This document shows, one piece after another, positions 17,443 through 28,656 of a stretch of 64,000 bases of DNA. Origin of the DNA: Patescibacteria group bacterium (lineage in GTDB: Bacteria > Patescibacteriota > Microgenomatia > Levybacterales > GWA1-39-11); the NCBI GenBank assembly GCA_035549315.1, contig DASZRC010000026.1, positions 988 through 64,987 of the forward strand. Reading direction: 5' to 3'. A program made the position numbers and the translations under genes. A model generated the notes under the pieces. It was not told the DNA's origin and made no database searches. It saw nothing but the letters and a program-made list of their open reading frames with translations. Positions within the stretch are counted from its first letter, which is position 1. Each line of letters begins with the position of its first letter.

Positions 17443-19008
17443 ATGCGGATAACCCGTAATCATTTTCTGTTTTTAGGTGTAGCACTGGCAATATTAGCTT
17501 TGTACATAGTTCTTCGTTTGCTTAACATTCTAAATCTTCCTTTATTTACAGATGAGGCAATCTACATAAGGTGGGCTCAAATTGCAAAACAGGACGCTTC
17601 ATGGCGATTTATTGCTTTGGTTGACGGGAAAGGCCCCTCTTTTGTATGGGCAGAAATGCTAACTCTCAAACTGTTTAAGGATCCACTTTTTGCAGGCAGA
17701 ATGGTTTCCGTAATAACGGGTATATTTACTACAATCGGATTATTCTTTTTGGGCAACGAGGTGTTTCGTGAAAAACAAAAAGGAAAAGAATACAAAGTAT
17801 TTTCATTTACAAAAGAAACAGTGCCTTACGGTCTTCTTTCAAGTTTAATCTACGTTCTTTATCCGTTTGGATTGGTATATGACAGAATGGCTCTCTATGA
17901 CAGCATGGTTGGTATGTTTGCAGTTTGGTCTTTGTACTTGCTATTTTTATTGGTTAGAACCTTAAGGCTTGATGTAGCTTTAATAACCGGTATAGTTGCC
18001 GGAGGAGGTTTATTAACAAAAGTTAATGCAACGTTTTCTCTCTATTCAATTCCATTTTTACTTCTTATTTTTGATTGGAAACAAAAAAATGTTAAATCAC
18101 GTCTGGCAAAGTTTGTAGGCTTGTCTTTGGTAATAGTTATCCTTGCATATGGCATATATTCAATCCTTCGTCTATCGCCGTTTTACCACATAATTGGTGA
18201 GAAGACGACCCTTTTTGTGTATCCCTTTGGAGAATGGATACATCACCCCTTTACCTATTTTTATAGTAACGCCAGAGCGCTTCTTAATTGGTTCTTTATA
18301 TACATGTCTGTCCCTTCAATTATTCTTATAATAGCTTCATTTTTTGTAAATAAGAAAAACTTTATGGAAAAAGCGGTTCTATTTTTATGGTTTATTTTTC
18401 CAATTACAGCACTTGCCCTTTTTGGAAAATTAATCTACCCAAGGTTTATTTTATTTATGACATTATCATTAATACCTCTAATTTCATATTCAATTATTAA
18501 TTTGGTTGATAAATACAAAAGTCCTTTGATAAGAGCTCTAATTATTCTTTTCGCTTTTGTAATGTATATTTATGCTGATTATTTTATAATCTTTAACTTT
18601 GCTTATGCTCCAATCCCCGGAGCAGATCTTGGACAATATATTAACGGATGGAGTGCCGGGAATGGTGTTAAACAATCCGTTGCTTACTTCAACGAGCAAG
18701 CCAAAGATAAAAAAATATATATTGTTACGGAAGGTACATTCGGGCTTATGCCTTATGGGTTGGAAATGTACTTAGTTAATAACCCAAATATTAAAATTCA
18801 AGCTTTATGGCCAATAAATGATAATACTCCAAAAGATATTTTGGATAAAGCCAAGGTAATGCCAACATATGCCGTCTTTTATCAGCCATGCCCATCTTGC
18901 GGGAATGAAGGCGGAAAGATGCCTCCATTATGGAAGGGTGAAAAAGTTTTATCCGAGCAGCAAGGTATAGGTAACTCTTTCTACAGCGTTTATAGAATTC
19001 TTCCATGA
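17443..19008 (+). CDS. GT-C glycosyltransferase, PMT_2/GT39 (ArnT/Pmt-like) family
   Basis: The first loop has PLFTDEAIYIRWAQ, a DE motif. GPSFVW...DPLFAGRMVSVITG resembles the PMT_2 HPPL..RLPSAL.G region. Many TM segments. The track ORF starts at TTG 17431. Confidence 0.55.
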   Translation: MRITRNHFLFLGVALAILALYIVLRLLNILNLPLFTDEAIYIRWAQIAKQDASWRFIALVDGKGPSFVWAEMLTLKLFKDPLFAGRMVSVITGIFTTIGLFFLGNEVFREKQKGKEYKVFSFTKETVPYGLLSSLIYVLYPFGLVYDRMALYDSMVGMFAVWSLYLLFLLVRTLRLDVALITGIVAGGGLLTKVNATFSLYSIPFLLLIFDWKQKNVKSRLAKFVGLSLVIVILAYGIYSILRLSPFYHIIGEKTTLFVYPFGEWIHHPFTYFYSNARALLNWFFIYMSVPSIILIIASFFVNKKNFMEKAVLFLWFIFPITALALFGKLIYPRFILFMTLSLIPLISYSIINLVDKYKSPLIRALIILFAFVMYIYADYFIIFNFAYAPIPGADLGQYINGWSAGNGVKQSVAYFNEQAKDKKIYIVTEGTFGLMPYGLEMYLVNNPNIKIQALWPINDNTPKDILDKAKVMPTYAVFYQPCPSCGNEGGKMPPLWKGEKVLSEQQGIGNSFYSVYRILP

Positions 19009-21404
19009 AGAGTAAATTAATCTTGGTTTTATTGTTTGCTGGAATAATATCCATTGTATTTTTTCATCAAATTCTTAAAGGGTGGATGCCTTTCCCCGGA
19101 GATTTATTAGTTGGTAATCAAGAGCCATACAAATCTTATTCATACCAAGGGTTTGCCCCCGGCGCAGTTCCTAATAAAGCACAAGGTCCGGATGTAATAA
19201 AACAACTTGTTCCCTGGAAGAAATTTGCCATAGATAGTTTTAAAAAAAATCAAATTCCCTTTTGGGACCCCTATAATTTTTCAGGCAATCCTTTAATGGC
19301 AAATTTTCAAAGCGGAGTTTTTTATCCGCTAAATGTCATTTTCTTGACGTTGTCATTTCCAAGTGCTTGGACTATCTATATAGTTCTTACTCCAATTCTT
19401 TCAATATTTTTTATGTATTTATTCCTGGACAGGTTAAAGCTCAAGCCTGCTGCAAGTTTACTTGGTGGAATAAGCTTTTCTTTCTGTCTATACATGGGGG
19501 TGTGGATGGAATATGGAAATATAGGGCACACGCTTTTGTGGTTGCCGTTAATTTTATTTTTAGTTGATAGGTTTATAGATAAGCCTACGCGCTTAGATTT
19601 TTTGGGAATAGTAATTTCTTGTTTGTTGTCTATTCTTGCCGGTTATATTCAGGGAGTATTTTATATTTATGCAGTAGTTGTAATTTATTATTTTGCAAAA
19701 AGTATAAGTCTTAAAAAGATAGATAGAAAAAAGTCTTTATTTTTCTTACTAGCGCTTTTATTTCCGGTACTAATCGCGCTTCCGCAAATTTTACCAACTC
19801 TCGGGCTTTTTGTATATTCCACAAGGGGTAATTATACTTTGGATCAAATTCAAAAAAATCTTAATCCTATTTATTATTTAATAACAACTATTATCCCGGA
19901 CTTTTTTGGTAACCCGGCATCTAGAAATTTTTGGTTTAACGGTACGTATATTGAAAGGGTTTCTTATTTTGGTTTGATTCCTTTTGTCTTTGCAATTTTT
20001 GCTATTTCAACTTTATATAAAAAAATTGAAGTAAGAATATTTTCAATACTATTTGTTTTTACTTTGTTAATATCAACCGACATTTTTGTTACCAGATTTT
20101 TTTATCTAATTCCTATTCCGGTAATCTCAACAACAGTTGCAACAAGAATTCTTTCTATATTTAGTTTTTCGGGAGCAGTTCTTGCGGCTTATGGATTTAA
20201 TCATTTATTGGATCTAAAAGATAAAAAGAAGTTTTATATTATTTCTTCAATTGCCTTTATTTTTATTGCAGGGCTTTTTGTTTATGTAAATATCTATCCC
20301 AAAATCTCCAACAATGCTAATTTGATTAATGATTTTCAAACTTCAAAACGAAACATTATTATTCCAATGGCCACTATAATTTTGTTAATGCTTTCAACTT
20401 TTGCGCTTTTTCTAAAAAACTTTTCCAAGAGAAACTATAAATCATATTTATATATAATTTTAATATTAGTTATTTCATCTTTTGAGCTTTTTTATTATTT
20501 TCAAAAGATCACGCCATTTTCTCCAAAAGAATTTTTATATCCTCAAACTCCAGTTACCAAATTTTTAAAGGAAGAAGCGGGTATAAATAGAGCATGGGGA
20601 TACGGGTCTGCCTATATGGAGAGTAATTTCCAAACATTTGATAATACTTATTCAACAGAGGGTAATGATCCGCTTCACATAAAAAGTTACACAGAATTAC
20701 TTGCTGCAAGCAAGGATGGTAAGATCCCCAATATGTTGCCAAGGCCGGATGCAAATATTGCACCGGGATTTGGTAAGAGTGATTTAGTCTCTAATCTGTA
20801 TAGGAAAAAAGTGTTAGATATTACTGGCGTAAAATATATAATCAATAAAGATGAGAGTATTAATGGTAAATTTAACCCTGACTACACAACTTTTCCTGAA
20901 GATAAATATAAATTAGTCTGGCAGGAAGGTTATTGGCAGGCCTATGAAAATCTTAATGCTACGCCACGTTTTTTTGTTACAAATAATTACCAAGTAATAG
21001 ACGGTAATAAGGTTCTAGAGAAAATATTTGATAAAACTTTTGATGAAAAAAGGCAAATAGTTTTATCATCTAATCCGGGTATTAAGTCAGGGGTTTCATC
21101 AGGGAGTGCAAGACTTGTCTTCTATTCACCCAACAAAATTATAATAGATACAAATTCCAAAGTTCCTGCCCTTCTTTTTCTATCTGATAATTTCTATCCG
21201 GATTGGTCAGCAAGCGTTAATGGAAAAGAGGCTAAAGTTTTTCTGGCTGATTATACATTTAGAGCAGTTCCAGTCTCCAAAGGAAGCAGTAGGGTTATTT
21301 TTGAATTTAAAGCTAAAAAATTCTACTATGGATTATATATATCAATTGCCTCCATATTTATGCTGTTAGTTACATTGTTGGCAATGAATAAATATGAAAA
21401 ATAA
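19005..21404 (+). CDS. YfhO family membrane glycosyltransferase (GT-C)
   Basis: PFWDPYNFSGNPLMANFQSGVFYPLN is the YfhO signature. About 800 aa with an N-terminal TM bundle plus a C-terminal extracytoplasmic domain (YPDW...NG...G). Confidence 0.7.
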   Translation: MKSKLILVLLFAGIISIVFFHQILKGWMPFPGDLLVGNQEPYKSYSYQGFAPGAVPNKAQGPDVIKQLVPWKKFAIDSFKKNQIPFWDPYNFSGNPLMANFQSGVFYPLNVIFLTLSFPSAWTIYIVLTPILSIFFMYLFLDRLKLKPAASLLGGISFSFCLYMGVWMEYGNIGHTLLWLPLILFLVDRFIDKPTRLDFLGIVISCLLSILAGYIQGVFYIYAVVVIYYFAKSISLKKIDRKKSLFFLLALLFPVLIALPQILPTLGLFVYSTRGNYTLDQIQKNLNPIYYLITTIIPDFFGNPASRNFWFNGTYIERVSYFGLIPFVFAIFAISTLYKKIEVRIFSILFVFTLLISTDIFVTRFFYLIPIPVISTTVATRILSIFSFSGAVLAAYGFNHLLDLKDKKKFYIISSIAFIFIAGLFVYVNIYPKISNNANLINDFQTSKRNIIIPMATIILLMLSTFALFLKNFSKRNYKSYLYIILILVISSFELFYYFQKITPFSPKEFLYPQTPVTKFLKEEAGINRAWGYGSAYMESNFQTFDNTYSTEGNDPLHIKSYTELLAASKDGKIPNMLPRPDANIAPGFGKSDLVSNLYRKKVLDITGVKYIINKDESINGKFNPDYTTFPEDKYKLVWQEGYWQAYENLNATPRFFVTNNYQVIDGNKVLEKIFDKTFDEKRQIVLSSNPGIKSGVSSGSARLVFYSPNKIIIDTNSKVPALLFLSDNFYPDWSASVNGKEAKVFLADYTFRAVPVSKGSSRVIFEFKAKKFYYGLYISIASIFMLLVTLLAMNKYEK

Positions 21405-22941
21405 ATACATAATACTTGGTCTACTTATTTTATTGCTAATTCCATCTGTATGGTTTCTAGCAAAAAGCGGATTCGTTCTAACAGATGATGGAAACTGGAT
21501 GATAATTCGTTTCTCAGCATTTTACCAGGCTTTACGGGATGGACAATTTCCCGTTAGGTTTCTATCCAGGCTTAACTTTTCTTATGGATATCCTGTTGCT
21601 AATTTTTTGTATCCGGGCTTTATGTATATTGGTGTTCCAATAAAGCTTGCCGGTTTTAGTTTTGAACAGACAATAAAGGCAATTATTGCTGCCTCTTTTA
21701 TAGGTGGGGGAGTTTTTACATATTTTTGGCTTAAGAAGATTTTTGATGATATAAGTTCTTTTTTCGGGGCGATTTTATATACCTACGCTCCTTATCATTT
21801 GTTCGATGCATACAAGAGAGGGTCAGTTGGAGAAGTATTGTCTCTTGCGGTTTTGCCATTTGTTCTTTGGCAAATAGAGAGGGGCAGTATTTTCTGGATG
21901 GCAATTGGTATTGCTGCTTTAATAATTTCCCACAATACATTGGCGATACTCTTCTTGGGGTTTGTTATTGTTTACGTTTTTGCCAAAAGTTATGGTGTAA
22001 AGAAAAACAAAAAAAACATAGAAAACTATATTTTGGCTTTGGTTATGGGGCTTACCTTATCTGCTTTCTTTTGGCTTCCGGCAGTTTTTGAGCTAGGCTA
22101 TACGGTATTTTCATCAACTAAAATATCTGATTATTCCAAATATTTTGCAGACATAAGCCTTATTGGTATACCAACGTTTATCGTAATGGTAGCTGCATTG
22201 ATTTTGTTTGTTGTAAATAAATTAAAGCCCCAGAAAAATCTGCTCACAATTGCGGTATTTTTAATGGGTATTCTATCTATATATATGTCATCACAATTCT
22301 CATCATTTATTTGGGCTTATTTGCCTGTATCTTTTATTCAATTTCCGTTTAGGGTTTTATCGGTTACAATAATTTGCTTTGCTTATCTTTCTGCTTTTGC
22401 CCTAAATCAAACAAGAAATATCTACAAAATTGTATTTGGCTCAATTCTTCTAGTAGGTTGTTTATACATATCTATGAATACTATCTTTTATCCTAAACTT
22501 GTTAATAATGATGATTCTTTCTACTCTACAAATGAGGCAACTACAACGGTTATGGATGAATATATGCCGACTTGGGTTAAGGTAAAGCCCACTTCCCATC
22601 CGGATGATAGGATATTTATATTAAAGGGGCAGGGGGATGTTCAGAATATTATTAATGATTCCAATACTATTACTTTTGATTACTTGTCAAAGTCGCCATC
22701 TGTTGTGAGGATAAATACAATTTATTATCCCGGTTGGAAAGCATATTCAGGAAATAATGAAAAGGCCATTTTCTATGACAATAATCAAGGCTTAATGGAC
22801 CTAAAGTTAGAAGGCGGAAATCAAAAAATAAAGCTTATATTTGGTGAGACTCCAATTAGGGTTCTGGCAGATTTTGTGTCACTAATTACTTTATTGGTTT
22901 TAATAGCATCGGAAATTAAAAAATTTGACTTCAATAAATAA
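21394..22941 (+). CDS. polytopic membrane protein, PTPS-related-domain (PF10131-like) family, GT-C-like
   Basis: Family blocks: DDGNW..RF..F.QALRDGQFPVRF, YKRGSVGEV, ISHN, and C-terminal YYPGWK. Confidence 0.5.
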   Translation: MKNKYIILGLLILLLIPSVWFLAKSGFVLTDDGNWMIIRFSAFYQALRDGQFPVRFLSRLNFSYGYPVANFLYPGFMYIGVPIKLAGFSFEQTIKAIIAASFIGGGVFTYFWLKKIFDDISSFFGAILYTYAPYHLFDAYKRGSVGEVLSLAVLPFVLWQIERGSIFWMAIGIAALIISHNTLAILFLGFVIVYVFAKSYGVKKNKKNIENYILALVMGLTLSAFFWLPAVFELGYTVFSSTKISDYSKYFADISLIGIPTFIVMVAALILFVVNKLKPQKNLLTIAVFLMGILSIYMSSQFSSFIWAYLPVSFIQFPFRVLSVTIICFAYLSAFALNQTRNIYKIVFGSILLVGCLYISMNTIFYPKLVNNDDSFYSTNEATTTVMDEYMPTWVKVKPTSHPDDRIFILKGQGDVQNIINDSNTITFDYLSKSPSVVRINTIYYPGWKAYSGNNEKAIFYDNNQGLMDLKLEGGNQKIKLIFGETPIRVLADFVSLITLLVLIASEIKKFDFNK

Positions 22942-22942
22942 A

Positions 22943-24664
22943 ATGAAAATTAAGAAATATTTACCAGACATTGTGTATTTAGCTGTTTATTTTATCCTGG
23001 GCTTATTAACAATTCTTCCTTTCTTTAAGCCGGGCTTTTTTGCATTCCATGACGACGTTCAGGTTTCAAGATTCTATGAGATGGGGCAAGCTTTGATATC
23101 TGGACAATTTCCAGTGAGATGGGTTGGGGATTTGGGTTATGGATTTGGTTATCCAATATTTAATTTTTACTCTGTGCTCCCATATTATATAGGTGGTTTT
23201 ATAAATGTATTTGGCGCGGACGCTTTAATTGCAGCAAAAACGGTTTTTGTAATTGGAATTTTGCTTTCTGGATTATCCATGTTTTTTCTAATCAAAGAAT
23301 TTTTTGGTAGACTACCTGCTTTGGTGGCATCAATTGCGTATTTATACTTTCCATATCATGCTGTGAATATCTATGTCAGGGGAGATCTTGCTGAGCTTTT
23401 TGCTTATGCTATCCTTCCTTTGGTTTTTTTGGGACTTTTAAAAATTCATTACTCAAAGGCTAACTTGATTCCTAAGGCGGCAATCATTATTTTGTCTTTG
23501 TCTCTTTTTGCTTTAATAATCTCCCACAATCTATCGGCCTTAATGATGGGAATTTTTATAACTATTTTTGTAGTTGTTTCATTAGTTGCTACAAAAAATA
23601 AAGAAATATATAAATGGTATTTAATTTCATTCTTAATCGCCTTTTTGCTATCTGCTTTTTATACAATACCGGTTCTTTTTGAAATGAAATATACAAATGT
23701 ACTATCACAAGTTGGAATAGGTGGGGGATCAAACTATAAGGACCATTTTCTTTGCATTAACCAATTGTGGAATAGTCCTTGGGGATTTGGTGGATCAACC
23801 AAAGGGTGTATTGCTGATGGGCTTAGTTTTAGATTGGGGAAGATTTATATTTTACTAACTCTTATATCAATTGCCCTGGCAGGATTTTATTTTAAAAAAA
23901 TTAAAGACAAGGCAATGATTTTATTTATTTCAATTGCCTTCCTTCTATTCAGTATATTTATGACTTTGGAGGTCTCGGGCATTATATGGTCTATCCCATA
24001 TATGAATTTTTTGCAGTTCCCATGGAGATTTTTAAATTTTGCGGGATTGTTTATGGCAACTTTAATTGGAATTTCTGTTTATTTAATAGAAAAGGTTTCT
24101 AAAAAAGAAATCTATACTATTGTTGCAGGTCTTATGGTGATAGGAATAATATTCTTTAATGCTAAGTTATTTGCGCCACAGGAGTATCTTAATAGGGAAG
24201 CATCATATTATACAAATAAATATTATCTCAATTGGACTGCATCAAAAATATCGGATGAATATCTCCCTAAAAATTTTAAAAAGCCCACCAATTCTCATGA
24301 CGTGTGGAATTATCCCTTTGAGGCTATACTGCCAAATGGCAACTTGCCCTTACCAAATAAGTTAGTTACAAAAACTCCAACAGATTTGGTTGCTACAACA
24401 AATTTGGCAAATAATTTTGGAGTTGTGGCAAAAACTCCCTATTTTCCTGCATGGAATATTTATATAGATGGTAAAAAAGTGAATTATAAGATTAAAAATG
24501 GAGAAATGTATTTTTCGTTGCCTGCAGGACCCCATAAGATAGAAATTCGTTTTGAACAGACAAGAATTGAGCTTTTGGGTGATTTATTAACTGTTATTGG
24601 AGTTGTAGCTATTTCTATTGTTATAATAAATAAGTCCAAATTTTATGGCAGAAAAACTTCCTGA
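22943..24664 (+). CDS. polytopic membrane protein, PTPS-related-domain-like family (paralog)
   Basis: FHDDVQVSRFYEMGQALISGQFPVRWVGDLGYGFGYPIFNFY, YVRGDLAE, ISHN, YFPAWNIYIDG...GPHKIEIRF. The track ORF starts at 22925. Confidence 0.5.
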   Translation: MKIKKYLPDIVYLAVYFILGLLTILPFFKPGFFAFHDDVQVSRFYEMGQALISGQFPVRWVGDLGYGFGYPIFNFYSVLPYYIGGFINVFGADALIAAKTVFVIGILLSGLSMFFLIKEFFGRLPALVASIAYLYFPYHAVNIYVRGDLAELFAYAILPLVFLGLLKIHYSKANLIPKAAIIILSLSLFALIISHNLSALMMGIFITIFVVVSLVATKNKEIYKWYLISFLIAFLLSAFYTIPVLFEMKYTNVLSQVGIGGGSNYKDHFLCINQLWNSPWGFGGSTKGCIADGLSFRLGKIYILLTLISIALAGFYFKKIKDKAMILFISIAFLLFSIFMTLEVSGIIWSIPYMNFLQFPWRFLNFAGLFMATLIGISVYLIEKVSKKEIYTIVAGLMVIGIIFFNAKLFAPQEYLNREASYYTNKYYLNWTASKISDEYLPKNFKKPTNSHDVWNYPFEAILPNGNLPLPNKLVTKTPTDLVATTNLANNFGVVAKTPYFPAWNIYIDGKKVNYKIKNGEMYFSLPAGPHKIEIRFEQTRIELLGDLLTVIGVVAISIVIINKSKFYGRKTS

Positions 24665-25358
24665 ATTATCCGTCTTCTTTCCTTTTTGGAACGAAGAGAA
24701 AAATATTGAAAAAGTTGTTGGCTCAGCTGTTGAGGTTGCAAGCCGTGTAGCTTCAAAGTGGGAGATAATAATAGTTGATGACGGATCAAAAGATTCAACG
24801 CTCGAGAAGGCTAAGAAGTTGGCTTCAAGTAATCCGAATATAAAGATAATTTCTCATAATCCAAATAGAGGATATGGAGCAGCACTCAAAGAAGGGCTTA
24901 TCAATTCAAAATATGAATACGTTGCGTTTACAGACGGTGACGGGCAATTTGACTTTAATGAAATTGACAAATTTATAGCAGAAATAAAGGACGCAGATAT
25001 GGTAATTGGTTATAAGGTTAAAAGAAATGACCCATTCGGTAGATTAGTATTAATGAATATGTTAAAGGCTTGGGATTATATGTTTTTCTCTCTTTGGTTC
25101 AGAGATATTGATTGTGGATTCAAAATGTTTAGAAAAAAAGCGTTAGATGAAATCATGCCATTAAGATCAGAAGGCGCTATGATCACTACGGAAATCCTGG
25201 CAAAAGCTATAAGGAAGAAGTTAGTTATAAAAGAAGTACCGGTTAATCATTATCCAAGGCAATTTGGTGAACAGTCTGGAGCAAATATTCCGGTAGTTAT
25301 TAGAGCAGTTCTCGAAAGTTTAATTTTATGGTGGGATATAAAGAATAGGAGAGTGTAA
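24645..25358 (+). CDS. GT2 polyprenyl-phosphate sugar synthase (DPM1-like)
   Basis: SVFFPFWNEEKNI...IIVDDGSKDST...YVAFTDGDGQ...VIGYKVKRND. Confidence 0.75.
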   Translation: MAEKLPELSVFFPFWNEEKNIEKVVGSAVEVASRVASKWEIIIVDDGSKDSTLEKAKKLASSNPNIKIISHNPNRGYGAALKEGLINSKYEYVAFTDGDGQFDFNEIDKFIAEIKDADMVIGYKVKRNDPFGRLVLMNMLKAWDYMFFSLWFRDIDCGFKMFRKKALDEIMPLRSEGAMITTEILAKAIRKKLVIKEVPVNHYPRQFGEQSGANIPVVIRAVLESLILWWDIKNRRV

Positions 25359-25367
25359 TCATACAAT

Positions 25368-26807
25368 ATGGACTCCACGAAGGATATAGTAAAACACAGC
25401 ATTAATGGGGTAGTGGCTTTAATATCTAAGACTATAATTCTTGAGATCTTTTTTGGTACAACATCAATAATAATATTCAGCGTACTTACACAGGCTGAAG
25501 TAGGATTGTATGCCGTTGTAATATCTATTCAGAGGGTTATTAGTTTTGTTACAGATTTTGGATTTGGTGCCGCTTTGGTGCAGAAAAAGGACGAAATCAC
25601 CACAAAAGATTTACACACAACATTTACGCTACAAGCATCATTAACATTTGGTATTTTTTTATTGACGCTGATTTTAAGACCCCAGCTTATGAGTTTCTTC
25701 CATCTTGGGAATGAAGGTTACCTACTTTTACTGGTTCTAGTTTTTACAATATTTTTATCTTCCTTCAAGGTTATTCCCTCAATACTTTTGGAGCGTAAAA
25801 TTCACTTTCATAAACTTATAATTCCACAAACCGTTGAGACAATTGCATTTAACATAGTGCTTCTTTCTCTGGTTTTGAATCATTTTGGAATAAATAGTTA
25901 TACTTGGGCTTTCCTAATATCTAGTATTATAAGTATTCCCGTATACTATTTTGTTTCTCCTTGGGAGGTTGGGGTTGGTGTACACAAAGAATCATTAACC
26001 CATCTTAAGTTTGGACTGCAATTTCAGGCAAAAAACGTTTTGGCAACGATTAAAGACGATTTTATAACTGTAATACTGGCAAAGTTTTTAACTTTTACTC
26101 AAATTGGATTTATTGGATTTGCACAAAACCTAGCATTCTATCCTTATAGATATTTTGTAGATAGCGTGACTAGAGTAACCTTTTCAACTTATGCAAGAAT
26201 GCAAGGAGACTTAGATCTTCTAAAGAAGACAATAGAAAAATCCTTATTTTTTGTAAGCCTTATAATGTTTCCTGTTTTGGTGGGGCTAATGGTGACTGCT
26301 CCATATATTATAGAGTTCTTCCCAAAGTGGAATGGTAAATGGGAGCCTGCTTATCTGAGCTTAGTGTTCTTTGCTCTAAATGCGATGATCTCATCTCTTT
26401 CCGGAATTCTTGTTAACGTTTTAGATTCAAACGGCAAGGTAAAGCTCACACTGAGGCTCATGGGAATTTGGACAGCTCTTACATGGATACTAACCTTTTT
26501 GTTCATATACCTATGGGGATATAACGGTGTAGCTATAGCGTCATTTATGGTTACATTAACGATTTTCTACACTGTCTATTTGGTAAAGCAAATCGTAGAT
26601 TTTTCTATGCTCAGATCTATTTATCAACCTCTTATATCTGCTGTTATAATGGGTTTGGGAGTATATTTCCTTTGTCGTATATTTGCGACAAACCTTTTTA
26701 CTTTGGTAATTGTTAGTGGGGTTGGTGCAGCAATTTACCTAACTATAATGTACTTTATGATTGGAAAAGAAATCATCCAAGATATTAAATTAATCTTAAA
26801 AAGATGA
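25368..26807 (+). CDS. oligosaccharide/polysaccharide flippase (Wzx-like, MOP superfamily)
   Basis: About 12-14 TM segments. The polysaccharide-biosynthesis-protein N-terminal pattern is present (LISKTIILEIFFGTTSIIIFSVLTQAEVGLYAVV). Confidence 0.6.
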   Translation: MDSTKDIVKHSINGVVALISKTIILEIFFGTTSIIIFSVLTQAEVGLYAVVISIQRVISFVTDFGFGAALVQKKDEITTKDLHTTFTLQASLTFGIFLLTLILRPQLMSFFHLGNEGYLLLLVLVFTIFLSSFKVIPSILLERKIHFHKLIIPQTVETIAFNIVLLSLVLNHFGINSYTWAFLISSIISIPVYYFVSPWEVGVGVHKESLTHLKFGLQFQAKNVLATIKDDFITVILAKFLTFTQIGFIGFAQNLAFYPYRYFVDSVTRVTFSTYARMQGDLDLLKKTIEKSLFFVSLIMFPVLVGLMVTAPYIIEFFPKWNGKWEPAYLSLVFFALNAMISSLSGILVNVLDSNGKVKLTLRLMGIWTALTWILTFLFIYLWGYNGVAIASFMVTLTIFYTVYLVKQIVDFSMLRSIYQPLISAVIMGLGVYFLCRIFATNLFTLVIVSGVGAAIYLTIMYFMIGKEIIQDIKLILKR

Positions 26808-27730
26808 AACAGACTTTATCGGTTGTAATAACTGCCTACAATGAGGAGCTAAATATTAAGGCGTGTCTTGAATCTTTGGGTGATTTGGCTGATGAAATTA
26901 TTGTTGTAGATAACTCATCTGTTGATAAGACAGAGGAAATTGCAAAAAAATATACAAAAAAAGTTTATAAGCAAAAAAACGATCCAAGTAAAATAGACAT
27001 TCAAAAGAATTACGGATTTTCAAAAGCAACAGGTGATTGGATATTAAGCCTCGATGCTGATGAGCGTTTAACCCCGGATCTTTCTAAGGAAATAAAATCT
27101 GTTATTAGTGGTGATAGTTCTCTGGTTGGCTATTGGATACCAAGGAAGAATATAATATTTAAAAAATGGATTCAGAGTGAAATGTGGTGGCCAGATTATC
27201 AACTAAGGTTATTTAAAAAAGATTTTGGAAAGTATGATAAAAATTCAGTTCACAAAGTAATCACGGTAAGTGGAGAGACTGGAAAACTTACAAACCCCTT
27301 TGTACATGAAAATTATATTAGTGTTGACCAATATCTACTTAAGCTTATTAATTACACAACAATAGAAGCAGATATGTTGATTGACCAAGGATACACATTT
27401 AATTGGTTAGATTCTGTGAGATTTCCCACTAATGATTTTCTAAAGACTTTCTTTTTGCAAAAAGGTTATCAGGATGGATTGCATGGTTTGGTTTTAAGTA
27501 TACTTCAGGCTTTCTACATGGAAGTAGTATTTGTAAAAGTTTGGCAAAAGAATAAATTTATTGAAGTTAAAGGGCCAGGTTTTTTTGCTGAAACACTAAA
27601 AGAATTCAAAAACTCACTTAGGCACTCCAAATATTGGGCTACAACTGTCGAAATAGATAAGACAAAAAATCCAATTAAAAAAATTGGACTAAAAGTTTTG
27701 AGAAAAGCTGCTTCTGACTCTGCCTCTTAA
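26804..27730 (+). CDS. GT2 glycosyltransferase, KdtX/WaaE-like
   Basis: LSVVITAYNEE...IIVVDNSSVDKT...LSLDADERLTP...GYWIPRKNIIF...WWPDYQLRLFKK. Confidence 0.65.
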   Translation: MKQTLSVVITAYNEELNIKACLESLGDLADEIIVVDNSSVDKTEEIAKKYTKKVYKQKNDPSKIDIQKNYGFSKATGDWILSLDADERLTPDLSKEIKSVISGDSSLVGYWIPRKNIIFKKWIQSEMWWPDYQLRLFKKDFGKYDKNSVHKVITVSGETGKLTNPFVHENYISVDQYLLKLINYTTIEADMLIDQGYTFNWLDSVRFPTNDFLKTFFLQKGYQDGLHGLVLSILQAFYMEVVFVKVWQKNKFIEVKGPGFFAETLKEFKNSLRHSKYWATTVEIDKTKNPIKKIGLKVLRKAASDSAS

Positions 27731-27731
27731 A

Positions 27732-28640
27732 ATGAAAATATCTATAGTTATTCTAAATTATAAAAGTGCTGATATTACAATTAATTGTTTAAGATCATTA
27801 AGAAAAATAAATACCGGAAAAGAGAAAATAGAAATAATTGTTGTAGATAATAATTCGGGCGATGATATTAAAACTCAGGTTTTAAATAATTTTCCAGAAG
27901 TAATTCTATTGGAAAATTCAGTTAACTTGGGTTTTTCCGGAGGGTCAAATGAGGGCGCCCGATACGCATTAAAAAATGGTGCAGACGCTGTATTGTTTCT
28001 TAACAACGATACCATTGTAGATAAAAATTTGGTTCTAGAATTAGCAGAAGAAGTTAATAAAGACGAGGTGGGTGGGGTAGTTCCAAAAATATATTTTGAA
28101 AAAGGTTACGAATTTCATAAAGCAAGATATAAAAAAGAGGATCTGGGCAAAGTAATTTGGTACGCCGGCGGACGAATGGATTGGTCAAATTTAATTGGAC
28201 AAAATGTTGGCGTAGATGAGGTTGATAATGGACAATTTGATGATAGAAAAGAAATAAAACTTGCTACCGGTTGTTGTTTTATGGTTAGCTCTAAAACCCT
28301 TAATAGGGTTGGGCTATATGATGATAAATATTTCTTATACTATGAAGATGCAGACCTATCAGAAAGAATTAATAGGGCGGGGTTAAAAATTATTTACCAG
28401 CCAAAAGCTATCCTTTGGCACAAGAATGCAGGTTCTAGTGGTGGATCGGGTTCTGAACTTCAGGATTACTATATTTCTAGAAATAGAATGTTGTTTGGTA
28501 TGAAATATGCACCAATAAAAACTAAGACTGCACTTATTAAAGAAAGCTTAAGATTACTTACAATTGGTAGGAAATGGCAAAAAAAAGGAATAAAGGATTA
28601 TTACAGAGGGAAATTTGGAAAAGGTAGTTATAATATTTAG
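27732..28640 (+). CDS. GT2 glycosyltransferase (rhamnosyltransferase-like subfamily)
   Basis: ISIVILNYKS...IIVVDNNSGD...LFLNNDTIV...YEDADLS. Confidence 0.7.
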   Translation: MKISIVILNYKSADITINCLRSLRKINTGKEKIEIIVVDNNSGDDIKTQVLNNFPEVILLENSVNLGFSGGSNEGARYALKNGADAVLFLNNDTIVDKNLVLELAEEVNKDEVGGVVPKIYFEKGYEFHKARYKKEDLGKVIWYAGGRMDWSNLIGQNVGVDEVDNGQFDDRKEIKLATGCCFMVSSKTLNRVGLYDDKYFLYYEDADLSERINRAGLKIIYQPKAILWHKNAGSSGGSGSELQDYYISRNRMLFGMKYAPIKTKTALIKESLRLLTIGRKWQKKGIKDYYRGKFGKGSYNI

Positions 28641-28656
28641 CTTATAGATTTAAAAT